The position numbers were made by a program, and so were the translations under genes. A DNA stretch of 64,000 bases. Source: an uncultured delta proteobacterium. GTDB taxonomy: Bacteria > Myxococcota_A > Polyangia > Fen-1088. Location: positions 166,859-230,858 of the forward strand of contig CAWKJE010000073.1 of the NCBI GenBank assembly GCA_963849735.1, given 5' to 3'. Of this stretch, positions 10,936 to 20,943 are shown piece after piece (within the stretch, counting starts at the first letter, position 1; the number at the start of each line of letters is the position of its first letter). The notes below the pieces were generated by a model. That model worked only from the letters and a program-made list of their open reading frames with translations. It made no database searches and had not been told where the DNA came from.

Positions 10936-11703
10936 TCAGCTTGCCCGCCGGGCTTGCAGCTCGCCGACCTCGTCGAAAAACCTGGCGGTCGTGTCTATGC
11001 TGTTCTCCAGGGCCTCGACCACGAGTTGCAGGAGGGAGTCGTTTTCGTGACGGAGCGCCTCGTAGTAGCGCTGCCGATCGATAGCATGGATGATCGCTGG
11101 CAGGTATTGCGAGCGGAGCAGGATGTAATTGGTGAGCAGCCGGGCCACCTTGCCGGTGTTCTTGGTCCAGGGGTAGGCCCGCAGCAGCTTCAGCTGCAAG
11201 CACGTGCCCGCCACGACGGGGTGGAGGATGGCGAACTCGGACGATTCCAGCCACTCCCCCAGCTTGCGCATCTGGTGCCCTATGCGCTCTGGCGGGCAAA
11301 TCTCGTGATAGTAGAGCCGGTGCAAAGGGTTTTCCTTGCGGTAGGGACAGCCCTTGGCTGCACCGTCCGGGGTAATGATGGCATAGATTTTGCGCACGAG
11401 CTCCAGGTCAACGGGCGGCGGCTTTTTGGCACCCGCGAGACCGCGCAGGTAGTCGGCTGCCTGCTTGTGGCAGCGGACCTCTTCATAGGTCGGGATCAGG
11501 GACACATCGCTGATGATCCGCTGGTCGATCGCGGCCTTGAGCTCGGAATACGAGAGCACCACGCCATCGAGCGCGTTGTCGTGAAAGAGCCAGGAGAGCT
11601 CCAACTTGCTCTGGTAGTCGGCGGTGATCCTCGCCGGGAAGGCGCTCGCCTTCTCGGCCAAAAGCCCCATCTTGGCGTCAAGATCGTACAATCTCGCTTC
11701 CAT
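10936..11703 (-). CDS. Fic/Doc (Fido) family protein with degenerate active-site motif
   Basis: RBS AAGGAG before the ATG at 11703. Fido layout (HDNALDG, G.YRK, HPV.A) is present, but the motif reads YPWTKNTGKVAR instead of HPFxxGNGRxxR. Confidence 0.8.
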   Translation of the reverse strand: MEARLYDLDAKMGLLAEKASAFPARITADYQSKLELSWLFHDNALDGVVLSYSELKAAIDQRIISDVSLIPTYEEVRCHKQAADYLRGLAGAKKPPPVDLELVRKIYAIITPDGAAKGCPYRKENPLHRLYYHEICPPERIGHQMRKLGEWLESSEFAILHPVVAGTCLQLKLLRAYPWTKNTGKVARLLTNYILLRSQYLPAIIHAIDRQRYYEALRHENDSLLQLVVEALENSIDTTARFFDEVGELQARRAS

Positions 11704-11916
11704 GGGCGACCGCTCCTTCTCCGACAGGACCAAGCTCGTGTGGGTTATCGCGCAAAAGATGCCTTTAGTCAAGCAGGGTTAGCCATTTTGTGCGGTGAAT
11801 TTGATGTTATGTCACTCACATTGCATAGCCTGGCGGAAGTTCACCGCCTCGGCAAAGTAGTTGGGTCATCTGGCAAATGTCATTGGAATAATTGGGGAAA
11901 TTTCCGGTAGAAAAAG

Positions 11917-11945
11917 TTGACTTGCCCGCAGGCCGCGGGAACATG
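11917..11945 (+). promoter_or_regulatory. possible dcw promoter (-35 TTGACT) in AT-rich divergent intergenic region
   Basis: TTGACT at 11917-11922 follows an A-tract. The -10 element is weak (GAACAT). Confidence 0.35.
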
Positions 11946-12061
11946 GCGGGGTGCTGGTCTCCCCGCTCGCGCGCTTGGCGGCTCGCCCCTGGCGCGCCTC
12001 GGGCGACGAGCCGGCCGCGCCATTTATGCAATGCCCCATCGGAGCCCATAGTCTAGCCAAC

Positions 12062-12970
12062 ATGACCACGCTCGCAGCCGAGGCTGGCCACGTTCCCGTT
12101 CTCGTCGACGAGGTCATGGGCTTCCTTTCGCCCCGCCCAGGCGGCTTGTACTGTGACGCCACTCTCGGTCTGGGCGGCCATGCCGCCCGGATCATGCAAT
12201 TATCTGCCCCGAGCGGCCGCCTGGTGGGGCTCGACCGCGACGAGCAAGCGTTGGCCCAGGCGCGGACCACCTTGGCGAGCTATGCCGGACGGGTGACCTT
12301 CGTGCACGCGCGCTTCGGGTCGCTGCCCAACACCTTGCACGATCTCGGGCTATGGCCGCTCGATGGCTGCCTGATCGATCTCGGCGTTTCATCGCTTCAG
12401 CTCGATTCGGCGGAGCGAGGCTTCTCGTTTAGCAAGCCCGCGCCTCTCGATATGCGCATGGACCAGTCGCAAGGCGAAAGCGCGGCCGCCTTGCTCGGCC
12501 GCCTGAGCGCGGAAGAGCTGGCGCAGGTATTGCGCGATTTGGGCGAGGAGCGTTTCTCCCGCCCGATTGCCCGGGCCATTGTCGCCGCACGCGGCCCTGC
12601 CCTGACCACCACCGCGCTGGCCGGATTGATCGCGAGGGTGGTTCCCGCCCGCGAGCGCGGTAAGAATCCCGCGACGCGCTCGTTCCAGGCGCTACGCATA
12701 ATGGTTAACGACGAGCTTGGCGAGCTCGAGCGCTTCTTGGCGGAGGCGCCGGCTTGCCTGCGCCCAGGTGGCCGCCTGGTGGTGCTCTCCTACCACTCCC
12801 TCGAGGACCGCATGGTCAAGCGCGCCTTTCGCGCGGCTGCTGGCCCGGGCGCGGGGGCGCGCCTGCGCATCTTGACCAAGCATGTGGTAACACCCGCCGC
12901 CCCGGAGCTGCGGCAAAATCCCCGCTCGCGCTCCGCCAAGTTGCGCGCGGTGGAAAGGCTACCATCATGA
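12062..12970 (+). CDS. rsmH: 16S rRNA m4C1402 methyltransferase
   Basis: HVPVL, DATLGLGGHA, DLGVSSLQLD, RGFSF, LDMRMD, YHSLEDR, NPRSRSAKLR. Confidence 0.97.
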   Translation: MTTLAAEAGHVPVLVDEVMGFLSPRPGGLYCDATLGLGGHAARIMQLSAPSGRLVGLDRDEQALAQARTTLASYAGRVTFVHARFGSLPNTLHDLGLWPLDGCLIDLGVSSLQLDSAERGFSFSKPAPLDMRMDQSQGESAAALLGRLSAEELAQVLRDLGEERFSRPIARAIVAARGPALTTTALAGLIARVVPARERGKNPATRSFQALRIMVNDELGELERFLAEAPACLRPGGRLVVLSYHSLEDRMVKRAFRAAAGPGAGARLRILTKHVVTPAAPELRQNPRSRSAKLRAVERLPS

Positions 12971-13013
12971 CCGCCGGTCATACCGCCAGCCGCACCGGCG
13001 AAAGGCCCTTGCC

Positions 13014-13355
13014 GTGACGAGCGTCCCTGGCATGGCGGCCAAGCCCGTGGTTGACTCGGGTGACCCGCGACGACGCCTCGGCATCGGCCTGATCGGTCTC
13101 ATCGTGCTGGGGATGACGCTTGGCGGAATCGCGCACGTAGCCGTGCACGCCAAGCGCATCGAGGTCGCCATCGCGCTCGGCAAGGAGGAGCACATCCAGC
13201 GCGAGCTGAGCGAGGAGAAGCGCCGCCTGGAGATCGAAATCGGCATGCTCAAGGATCCGGCGCGTATCATCGCCATCGCCCGTGATCAGCTGGGCATGCG
13301 CCCTCCCCTGCCCTCCGACATACGCCCCGTCGCTCGGGGAACGAGCAGCAAATGA
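13014..13355 (+). CDS. ftsL: cell division protein FtsL
   Basis: Single TM segment plus a coiled coil ending RIIAIARDQLGM. Lies between rsmH and ftsI. Confidence 0.8.
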   Translation: MTSVPGMAAKPVVDSGDPRRRLGIGLIGLIVLGMTLGGIAHVAVHAKRIEVAIALGKEEHIQRELSEEKRRLEIEIGMLKDPARIIAIARDQLGMRPPLPSDIRPVARGTSSK

Positions 13356-15413
13356 TGACCACCTGGATCAAGGCTCGGGTGGTGATTTTCGGCCTCTTGC
13401 TCGTGGTCTTGGCCTTTCTGGTGGGCCGGCGTGCCGTCCAGCTCCAGGTGCGCGAAGCCGCCCAGCTACGCGAGTGGGCCCAGAACAACTACTTGAGCGA
13501 GATCCAGATCCCTCCGCGACGTGGGCGCATTCTCGATCACCGGGGCAACGAGCTGGCTTCCACCGCCGAGCTCGATTCGGTATTCGCCAATCCGCGCCAG
13601 CTTAGCCATGTGCCCGAGGCCGCCCGCAAACTGGGCCAGGCCCTGCACCTCGATGCGCGTGAGGTGGAAAAGCTGCTTGCGACCAAGCAGTCGCAGTACT
13701 TCGCCTGGATTAAGCGCCGAGTCGGGCCCGACGAGAGCAAAGCCGTCATGGCCTTGGGCCTGCCGGGCGTGGGCACGCGCCGAGAGCCGCGCCGCATTTA
13801 TCCCAACGGCCAGCTCGCCGCTACCGTGATCGGCTACGCAGGTCTCGACGGATCCGGCCTGGAGGGCGTCGAGCTGGCCTTCGACAAGGAACTGCACGGC
13901 ACCGGGATGGAGGTGGTGGGTGTGCACGATCGCCTCGGCCGCGATTTGCTCGTCGACGGAGTGGTCGACTCGTCCTCCTCCGCGGGCAAGGACCTGACGC
14001 TGACTCTCGACCGCTATCTCACCTACGAGACGGAACGGGTGCTGGCGGAAACCGTGCAGGAGCATAACGCCAAGGCCGGCATGGCGGTGATGCTCGACCC
14101 GCACACCGGCGACATCTTGGCCATGGCGAGCGTGCCCACTTACAACCCGAACGATCCCGCCGATGCCGTCAAGCGGGGTGCGCGCAATCGGACCATCGCC
14201 GATGCCTTCGAGCCAGGCTCGACCCTCAAGACCTTTACCTTCGCCGCCGCCCTCGATGCGGGTAAGGTCCGCCCCGAGGACCGCATCGATTGCCAGATGG
14301 GCTCTCTCGTCATCGGCAAGTTTCACATTCGCGATGATCATCCCAAGGGTATCTTGTCCGCCGCCGAGGTCTTCAAGTTTTCGAGCAACATCGGCACCGT
14401 CAAGAATCGCTCGTCGTATTGGCAAGGAGGCGCTTTTCGGTGCCCTCGACCGCTTCGGCTTTGGCAAGCCAACCGGGGTGGGGCTGCCGGGCGAGCGACG
14501 GGGAACTCTGCGCCCGGTCTCCCACTGGGGGGATATCGACTTTGCCACTCATGCCTTCGGGCAGGGCCTGACCGTGACTCCCTTGCAGCTCGCGGCTGGG
14601 TTTGCCGCTATCGCCGACCACGGCATGTACCACCCGCCGCGCATTGCCTTGCAACTTACCGGCAGCGATGGTCGGCTCGAGGAGGTCGAGCGTCCTAGCG
14701 AAGCGCCGACCCAGCATCGGGTTATGTCGGAGCGCGCGGCTCAAACCCTGCTCACCATCATGCGCGGTGTGACCGAGGACGGCACCGCCAAGGCGGCGGC
14801 CATACCCGGATACCCCGTGGCCGGCAAGACGGGCACGGCCCAGAAAGTGAGCGGCGGGCACTACGATGCATCGAAGTATCTCTCTTCCTTCGTCGGCATC
14901 GTGCCCGCAGACAAGCCGCGCCTGGTCATTGCCGTCATGATCGATGAACCGCAGGGTACTCACTACGGTGGCGTGGTCGCGGCGCCCGCGTTCAAGGCCA
15001 TCGCGGAGTCGGCCCTGCGCTACCTGGGCGTTGCGCCCAGCGAAGCGGTTGCGGACCGGGCCAAGCCCGCGCCGAGCTCGCCCGTCACCGTCAAGGCCGA
15101 GCTCGATGCTGACGGCCCTGGCATCGACCCCCCCACCGCGGTGGCGGAGGGCGAGCAAGGCGAGGCCTCCGATTCGCCGCCCGACGGTGAAGGCGAGTCC
15201 GAGGCCGGCAATGCCGCGAGCGAGCCGGGCAACGCCACCATACCCTCCTTCATCGGCATGAGCATGGGCGAAGCGATACGCGCTGCGCGCAAGGCCGGGA
15301 TCGAGCTCTTTCCTTCGGGCAGCGGGGTGGCGCAAAGCCAGTCGCCCAGCCCCGGGGCTGCCGCCCCTATTGGGACTCTGTGCAAAGTGGCGTTCCAGCA
15401 CGGGGGGGGCTAG
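13352..15413 (+). CDS. ftsI: division transpeptidase PBP3 with C-terminal PASTA; +1 frameshift at about 14405
   Basis: ORF 13352.. has RRGRILD, SxxK (EPGSTLK) and SSN. Removing one A in CAAG[A]ATCGCT joins it to ORF 14163..15413 (GKTGTAQK, PASTA), giving about 686 aa. Confidence 0.93.
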
Positions 15414-16934
15414 GTGCTCACGCTTGACCGCCTCCTAGACGGCGTGCCCGGCGCCGTGATCGCGGCTGGCCGCGGCGACATTGTCGTCCGCGAGGTGTAT
15501 GACGATTCCCGTCGGGTCGAGCCCGGCGGCCTCTTCGTGGCCGTGCCCGGCCACCAAGTCGATGGCGCTCGCTTCATCGCCGAGGCCTTGGGCAAAGGGG
15601 CCGTGGCCGTGGTGGCCGAGTCGCCCCAGCTAGCGGCGGATCTCGCCGGCAAGGCGGCCTTCGTGCAGGTGGCGAGCGCCCGGCAAGCGGTCGCGCTCAT
15701 TGCCGCCAATCGCTTCCGCGCCACCCCGGAGCTGTGTCTCACCGCCGTCACCGGCACGAACGGCAAGACCACCACCACTTACCTCGTGGAAGCGCTGCTG
15801 CGTACCGCCGGCCGCGCCCCCGGCCTCATCGGGACGGTGGCATATCGCTTCGGCGGCCGGGCCATGAAATCATCGCTCACCACTCCGGGGGCCCTTGCGC
15901 TCCACGCCCTGCTCGCGGATATGAGCCAGCAGGGGGCCAGCGACGTGGTGATGGAGGCGTCGTCGATCGCGCTCGAGCAGGGGCGTCTCGCGGGATGCCG
16001 CTTTCGGGTGGCGGCGCTGACCAACGTTACCCAGGACCATCTCGACTACCACGGGACCATGGCGCGCTATTTCGCCGCCAAGCAGATCCTCTTTCGTGAG
16101 CTGATGTTGGCTCATGGCGTGAGCGTCTTCTTCGTCGATGACGAGCACGGTTCGCTCATGCGCAGCCAGGTGCGCGGGCCGGCGCTGACTCTCAGCCGGG
16201 GCTCCCGGGGCGCGGACGTGGTCGTGCTCGAGCATGAGCTGAGCGCCGAAGGCATCGTGGCCCGCCTCGCCACCCCGGTGGGCGTTCTGGCGATCCGCTC
16301 CCGCCTAGTCGGTGAGTTCAATCTGGCCAACCTGCTCACCGCGGTCGGCATCGCTATCGCCCACGGCTGCCCGCCCGCCGCCATTGCCGAGGGTATCGCG
16401 AGCTTGGACGGTGTGCCCGGGCGAATGGAGGCGGTGGCCAATTCGGCCGGAGTGCTGTGCGTGGTCGACTACGCCCACACTCCGGACGCGCTCGAGCGTG
16501 CCCTCGACGCATTACGATCACTTTGCCGAAGCCGGCTCATCTGTGTCTTCGGGTGCGGCGGCGATCGCGACCGGGGGAAGCGGCCCTTGATGGGTCAAGC
16601 CGCGGCGAGCCGGGCCGACGTGGTCATCGTGACCTCGGACAATCCCCGCAGCGAGCCCCCCGCCGCCATCATGGCGGCCATCCTCCCCGGCGTGCGTGCC
16701 AGCGGTAAGGTCGAACGTAGCGCGGACGAGCTCGGATCCGGCCGGGATGGCTTCCACGTGGAAGTCGACCGCGCTGTCGCCATCGCCCGGGCAGTTGCGG
16801 TGGCTCGCGCGGGCGACGTCGTCCTTCTGGCCGGGAAGGGCCACGAGGACTACCAGGTCGTGGGCAGCGTGACCAAGCACTTCGACGACCGTGAGGTTGC
16901 GGCGGCCGCTTTCGCCGCCCGGAGGGACGGGTGA
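15414..16934 (+). CDS. murE: UDP-MurNAc-tripeptide synthetase (meso-DAP ligase)
   Basis: TGTNGKTT, TTP, MEASS, DHLDYH, DYAHTPD, DNPR (DAP specificity), GKGHE. Confidence 0.97.
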   Translation: MLTLDRLLDGVPGAVIAAGRGDIVVREVYDDSRRVEPGGLFVAVPGHQVDGARFIAEALGKGAVAVVAESPQLAADLAGKAAFVQVASARQAVALIAANRFRATPELCLTAVTGTNGKTTTTYLVEALLRTAGRAPGLIGTVAYRFGGRAMKSSLTTPGALALHALLADMSQQGASDVVMEASSIALEQGRLAGCRFRVAALTNVTQDHLDYHGTMARYFAAKQILFRELMLAHGVSVFFVDDEHGSLMRSQVRGPALTLSRGSRGADVVVLEHELSAEGIVARLATPVGVLAIRSRLVGEFNLANLLTAVGIAIAHGCPPAAIAEGIASLDGVPGRMEAVANSAGVLCVVDYAHTPDALERALDALRSLCRSRLICVFGCGGDRDRGKRPLMGQAAASRADVVIVTSDNPRSEPPAAIMAAILPGVRASGKVERSADELGSGRDGFHVEVDRAVAIARAVAVARAGDVVLLAGKGHEDYQVVGSVTKHFDDREVAAAAFAARRDG

Positions 16935-18421
16935 GTACCCCGAAGCCTCGTCTTCTGTCCTGGGCCGCTACGGCCATGGGCGGGACCTTTCTCGCTCCGC
17001 CCAGCCGGGCCGACGCCACCTTTGCGGGCGGCGCCAGCGACAGCCGGCAAGTCTCCCCTGGCCGTCTCTTCTTTGCCCTGCCCGGACAGCACGTCGACGG
17101 CTTCGCATTTTGCGCCGATGCCGCCCGGCAGGGCGCGGCGGCACTGGTGGTGGTGGCGGCCGGGCCAGGTCTTCCACCGGGTTGCGACGGCGTGCCGGTC
17201 ATCGCGGTCTCCGACGTGCGTCGCGCCCTAGGTGACCTTGCGCGCGCAGCCCGCCACGATTTTCCCGGTCAAGTCATTGGCGTGACCGGATCCAACGGCA
17301 AGACCACCACCAAAGAGCTGATCGCCGCCGCGCTGGCCACGGCCGGAGAGGTCCTGCGCACGCGTGGCAATTTCAACACCGACGTGGGCCTACCCCTCAC
17401 CGTGCTCGAGTCGACGGCGACGGAGCGTTACTGGGTGCTGGAAATGGCCATGCGAGCCCGGGGCGAGATCGCTTACCTCGCCGACATCGCCAGACCCCAC
17501 GTGGCCGTGATCACCAACGTGGCGGGCGCTCACCTCGAGCAGCTCGGCTCCCTCGACGAGGTTGCCCGCGCCAAGGGCGAGATCTTCAGCGGGCTCGTGC
17601 CTGGGGGCGCCGCGGTTTTCCCGGCCGGGGACGAGCGCATCGAGCGCGAAGCGGCCGCCTTGCCCGAGGCCGACAAGCGCCGCTTCGCGTTTGGCAATGA
17701 AGGCGCGCGCCCCGTGCATGTGCGCGTGCTCGACTTTTCGCCCGGGGGCGAGCGCGGATCCGTGGTCCGTCTGTCGGTAGGCTTCACCCCGGTCGTCCTG
17801 CGTCTGCCTCTGCCGGGAGAGCACAACGCCCGCAATGCCGCCGCCGCCCTGGCGGTAGCGTCGGCCTGTGGGGTGCCGCCCGCGCTGGCGGTTGGCGGAC
17901 TTGCTCGGGTCAGCTTGCCCGATCATCGCTCTTGCCTCCTGTCCCTTGGTGGCCGGGTCGTCATGGACGATTGCTACAATGCCAATCCCGGCTCGATGCA
18001 CGCGGCTTTGACCACGGTCACTAGCTCGGCCGGCCCCGCCGCCCGCGCTTTCGCCATTCTGGGCGACATGCACGAGCTGGGCGCGGGTAGCGCCCTCGAG
18101 CATGAGCTGGTCGGCCGCGAGCTGGTCAAGCTCGGCTTCACCGGCCTGGCCGCGGTAGGGGCCGCGGCCGCTCATATCGCGCGGGGCGCGCGTGCCGCCG
18201 GGCTCTCTTCCGCCTATCTGCTCGAGACTCTCGATCCGGTCGTGGCCGCCGCCGCAGTCGCTGCCTGGTCGCGGCCCGGCGACTGGATATTGGTGAAGGC
18301 GTCGCGGGCCGAGCGTCTCGAGCGCGCCATAGCGGCCCTCCAGGACAAGCTCGGAGACAAGCTGACCGACAGGCTGACAGATAGGCTGGCAGACAAGCCG
18401 GCAGATAAGCGGGCAGGCTAG
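16931..18421 (+). CDS. murF: UDP-MurNAc-tripeptide--D-Ala-D-Ala ligase
   Basis: TGSNGKTTTKE, GNFN..GLP, DCYNANP, LGDM.ELG, VKASR. Confidence 0.96.
   Translation: MSTPKPRLLSWAATAMGGTFLAPPSRADATFAGGASDSRQVSPGRLFFALPGQHVDGFAFCADAARQGAAALVVVAAGPGLPPGCDGVPVIAVSDVRRALGDLARAARHDFPGQVIGVTGSNGKTTTKELIAAALATAGEVLRTRGNFNTDVGLPLTVLESTATERYWVLEMAMRARGEIAYLADIARPHVAVITNVAGAHLEQLGSLDEVARAKGEIFSGLVPGGAAVFPAGDERIEREAAALPEADKRRFAFGNEGARPVHVRVLDFSPGGERGSVVRLSVGFTPVVLRLPLPGEHNARNAAAALAVASACGVPPALAVGGLARVSLPDHRSCLLSLGGRVVMDDCYNANPGSMHAALTTVTSSAGPAARAFAILGDMHELGAGSALEHELVGRELVKLGFTGLAAVGAAAAHIARGARAAGLSSAYLLETLDPVVAAAAVAAWSRPGDWILVKASRAERLERAIAALQDKLGDKLTDRLTDRLADKPADKRAG
18344..18415 (+). repeat. 12-bp tandem repeat x6 encoding the MurF C-terminal tail (DKLG DKLT DRLT DRLA DKPA DKRA)
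   Basis: gacaagctcgga gacaagctgacc gacaggctgaca gataggctggca gacaagccggca gataagcgggca. Confidence 0.8.
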
Positions 18422-18424
18422 CTC

Positions 18425-19540
18425 ATGCTCTTTCACCTGTTCCAACGGCTGCGGGGAGAAGTCGGGGCTTTCAACGTCTTCCGCTACGTCTCCACCCGCA
18501 CCATGCTGGCCACGCTCACCTCGCTCTTCATCACCCTGCTGGTCGCGCCCTGGTTCATTCGGCGCGCTCGGGCGCGCCAGCTGGGCGAAATCATTCGCGA
18601 CGACGGTCCCGCTTCCCATGTTGCCAAGCGTGGTACTCCCACCATGGGAGGGGCGCTCATCCTCATGGCTTTGGTGACCGGGACGGTGCTCTGGTGCGAC
18701 TTGACCAGTCCACTGGTCTGGCCGGCCCTGTTCGTCACCGTGGGCTATGGCGCTTTGGGCTTCGTCGACGACTATCTCAAGATCACCAAGAAGAACAAGC
18801 GGGGCGTGCCCGGGAAGCTGAAGCTACTGGTGCAGTTCCTGGTGGGCGCGGTTGCGGTGGCCTGGCTCTTTTATGGTGGCGGTTTCTCGCCCGAGCTCGC
18901 TCCCCGCCTGGCCGTGCCCCTCTTGAGCTTCGAGCACCATCCCATCTGCGTGCCCCTGGTCGTCTACGCCCTTGCTGGTCTGGTCCTGGTGGTCATGGGC
19001 TGTTCCAACGGTGTCAATCTGACCGACGGTCTCGATGGTCTGGCCATCGGCCCCGTCATTGTCTCGACCTTCGCCTATATGCTGCTGTGCTACGCCGCCG
19101 GACAGACCCTGGCCGGCTTCAACATCGCGCACTACCTGGGCATGGCCCACGTACCGGGGGCAGGCGAGCTCGCCGTGTTCTGCGGGGCGATCGGTGGCGC
19201 GGGCATCGGCTTCCTTTGGTACAACACCCATCCCGCCCAGGTCTTCATGGGCGATGTGGGCGCGCTCGCCCTGGGTGGGGCCATAGGCTTCGTGGCCCTG
19301 GCCACCAAGACCGAGCTTTCCCTGCCCGTCATCGGCGGCATCTTCCTCGTCGAGCTATTCTCGGACATCATCCAGGTCAGCTACTACAAGCTGACCAAGC
19401 GGCGCATCTTCCTTATGGCGCCCATTCATCACCACTTCGAGAAGAAGGGTTGGCCCGAATCCCGCATCGTTGTCCGTTTCTGGATCGTTTCCTTTTTCTG
19501 CGCCATCGTTGGTCTGCTCCTGACGCTAAAGGTGAGATGA
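18425..19540 (+). CDS. mraY: phospho-MurNAc-pentapeptide transferase
   Basis: KRGTPTMGG, GFVDDY, NGVNLTDGLDGL, VFMGDVG, MAPIHHHFE. Confidence 0.98.
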   Translation: MLFHLFQRLRGEVGAFNVFRYVSTRTMLATLTSLFITLLVAPWFIRRARARQLGEIIRDDGPASHVAKRGTPTMGGALILMALVTGTVLWCDLTSPLVWPALFVTVGYGALGFVDDYLKITKKNKRGVPGKLKLLVQFLVGAVAVAWLFYGGGFSPELAPRLAVPLLSFEHHPICVPLVVYALAGLVLVVMGCSNGVNLTDGLDGLAIGPVIVSTFAYMLLCYAAGQTLAGFNIAHYLGMAHVPGAGELAVFCGAIGGAGIGFLWYNTHPAQVFMGDVGALALGGAIGFVALATKTELSLPVIGGIFLVELFSDIIQVSYYKLTKRRIFLMAPIHHHFEKKGWPESRIVVRFWIVSFFCAIVGLLLTLKVR

Positions 19541-20943
19541 TGCAGGCCCCTCTCAATCTAGTCGGCAAGCGCGTGCTCGTGGTCGGTCTCGGCCGTTCCG
19601 GTGTCGCCGCCGCCAACCTGTGCGCGGGGCGGGGGGCTCAGGTCACGGTCAATGATGCCAGGCCGGAGGCAGAGCTGCTGCCCGCTCTGGCCGAGCTCCC
19701 TTCCGGCATCGCGCGGGTCCTGGGCGGCCACCCGGTCGAAGCCTTCCTGGCGGCTGACCTGGTGGTTCTTTCGCCCGGCGTGCCACCCCTGCCCCAGATC
19801 GAGGCGGCGCGGGCCCAGGGCATTCTCGTCACCGGTGAGCTGGAGCTGGCTTCGTGGTTCATCGAGGGCACCCTGGTCGCCATCACCGGTACCAACGGCA
19901 AGTCCACCACGACCACGCTCTGTGGAGCCATCCTGGCCGCCAACGGCCGGCCCACCTTCGTGGGCGGCAACCTCGGTACGCCCTTGGCTCTGGCGGTTGA
20001 CACTCCCGCGGGCCGCGCGGGCGGGGTTTGCGTGGTGGAAGCTTCGAGCTTTCAGCTCGAGACCGTGAGCTCGTTTCGCCCCCAGGTGGCGGTCTTGCTC
20101 AACCTAACCGCCGACCATCTCGATCGCTACCCGGAATTCTCGCAGTACCTGGCGGCCAAGCAGCGCATCTTCGCCGCCCAGACCCCGTCCGATTTCGCCG
20201 TCCTCAATATCGACGATGCCAACGTCGAGCTAGCGGTGCGCCAGGTGCAGAGCCGATGTGTCCTGATCTCGACCCGCCGAGCCTTGGGTGTGGGTGGCTG
20301 GGTGGAGGACGATTCCCTCTGCCTGCGTCTGCCCGGAGGGCCGGTCGAGTTCTATCCGGGCCAGCTACCCGGGCTGGTCGGCCGCCACAACCAAGAAAAC
20401 GCGCTCGCCGCCCTGGCGGCGGCGCGGCTGCTCGGCGCTTTGCCGGCCGAGGCTCGCTACGCCTTGGCGGCCTATCGTCCCCTGCCCCATCGCATGGAGC
20501 TGGTGGGCGATTTCAACGCCATCGAGTTCTATGACGACTCGAAGGGCACGAACGTCGGTGCGGTAGTCGCGGCCCTCGACGGGTTTCCGCGCAAAGTGGT
20601 GCTCATCGCCGGGGGCAAAGACAAGGGTGGATCCTATGCTCCCCTCGCGCAGGCCATGCGCCAAAGCGGCCGCGCGGCGGTGCTCATCGGCGAGGCGGCA
20701 GCACAGATTCGGGCTGCGCTCGCGGGGGTGGTGCCGATCGCCATCGCGGCCGACATGAACGAGGCGGTCGAGCGTGCGGCGCGTTTCGCCGAGCGGGGAG
20801 ACGCGGTAGTGCTCTCGCCCGCATGCTCGAGCTTCGACATGTTCCGCGACTATGCCCACCGGGCCGAGGTGTATCGCAGCGCCGTGCACAACCTAATCCA
20901 CGGCGCGTCCCGACACGTTCCCGCTGATCCGGAGGTCGACTGA
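19537..20943 (+). CDS. murD: UDP-MurNAc-L-Ala--D-Glu ligase
   Basis: The ATG overlaps the mraY stop. VVGLGRSG, TGTNGKSTT, SSFQL, DHLDRY, DDSKGTN, LSPACSSFD. Confidence 0.97.
   Translation: MMQAPLNLVGKRVLVVGLGRSGVAAANLCAGRGAQVTVNDARPEAELLPALAELPSGIARVLGGHPVEAFLAADLVVLSPGVPPLPQIEAARAQGILVTGELELASWFIEGTLVAITGTNGKSTTTTLCGAILAANGRPTFVGGNLGTPLALAVDTPAGRAGGVCVVEASSFQLETVSSFRPQVAVLLNLTADHLDRYPEFSQYLAAKQRIFAAQTPSDFAVLNIDDANVELAVRQVQSRCVLISTRRALGVGGWVEDDSLCLRLPGGPVEFYPGQLPGLVGRHNQENALAALAAARLLGALPAEARYALAAYRPLPHRMELVGDFNAIEFYDDSKGTNVGAVVAALDGFPRKVVLIAGGKDKGGSYAPLAQAMRQSGRAAVLIGEAAAQIRAALAGVVPIAIAADMNEAVERAARFAERGDAVVLSPACSSFDMFRDYAHRAEVYRSAVHNLIHGASRHVPADPEVD

Noticed and set aside
11851..11900. MraZ-box-like TGG repeats upstream of rsmH
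   Set aside because: Spacing is irregular (9/13/9) and the match to GTGGG repeats is poor
15411..15416. ftsI-murE readthrough fusion (TAG directly followed by in-frame GTG)
   Set aside because: FtsI ends in a periplasmic domain and MurE is cytoplasmic, so ordinary translational coupling explains it
18694..19536. Apparent 281-aa N-terminal extension of MurD
   Set aside because: Alternative frame overlapping mraY; MurD motifs begin at the ATG at 19537
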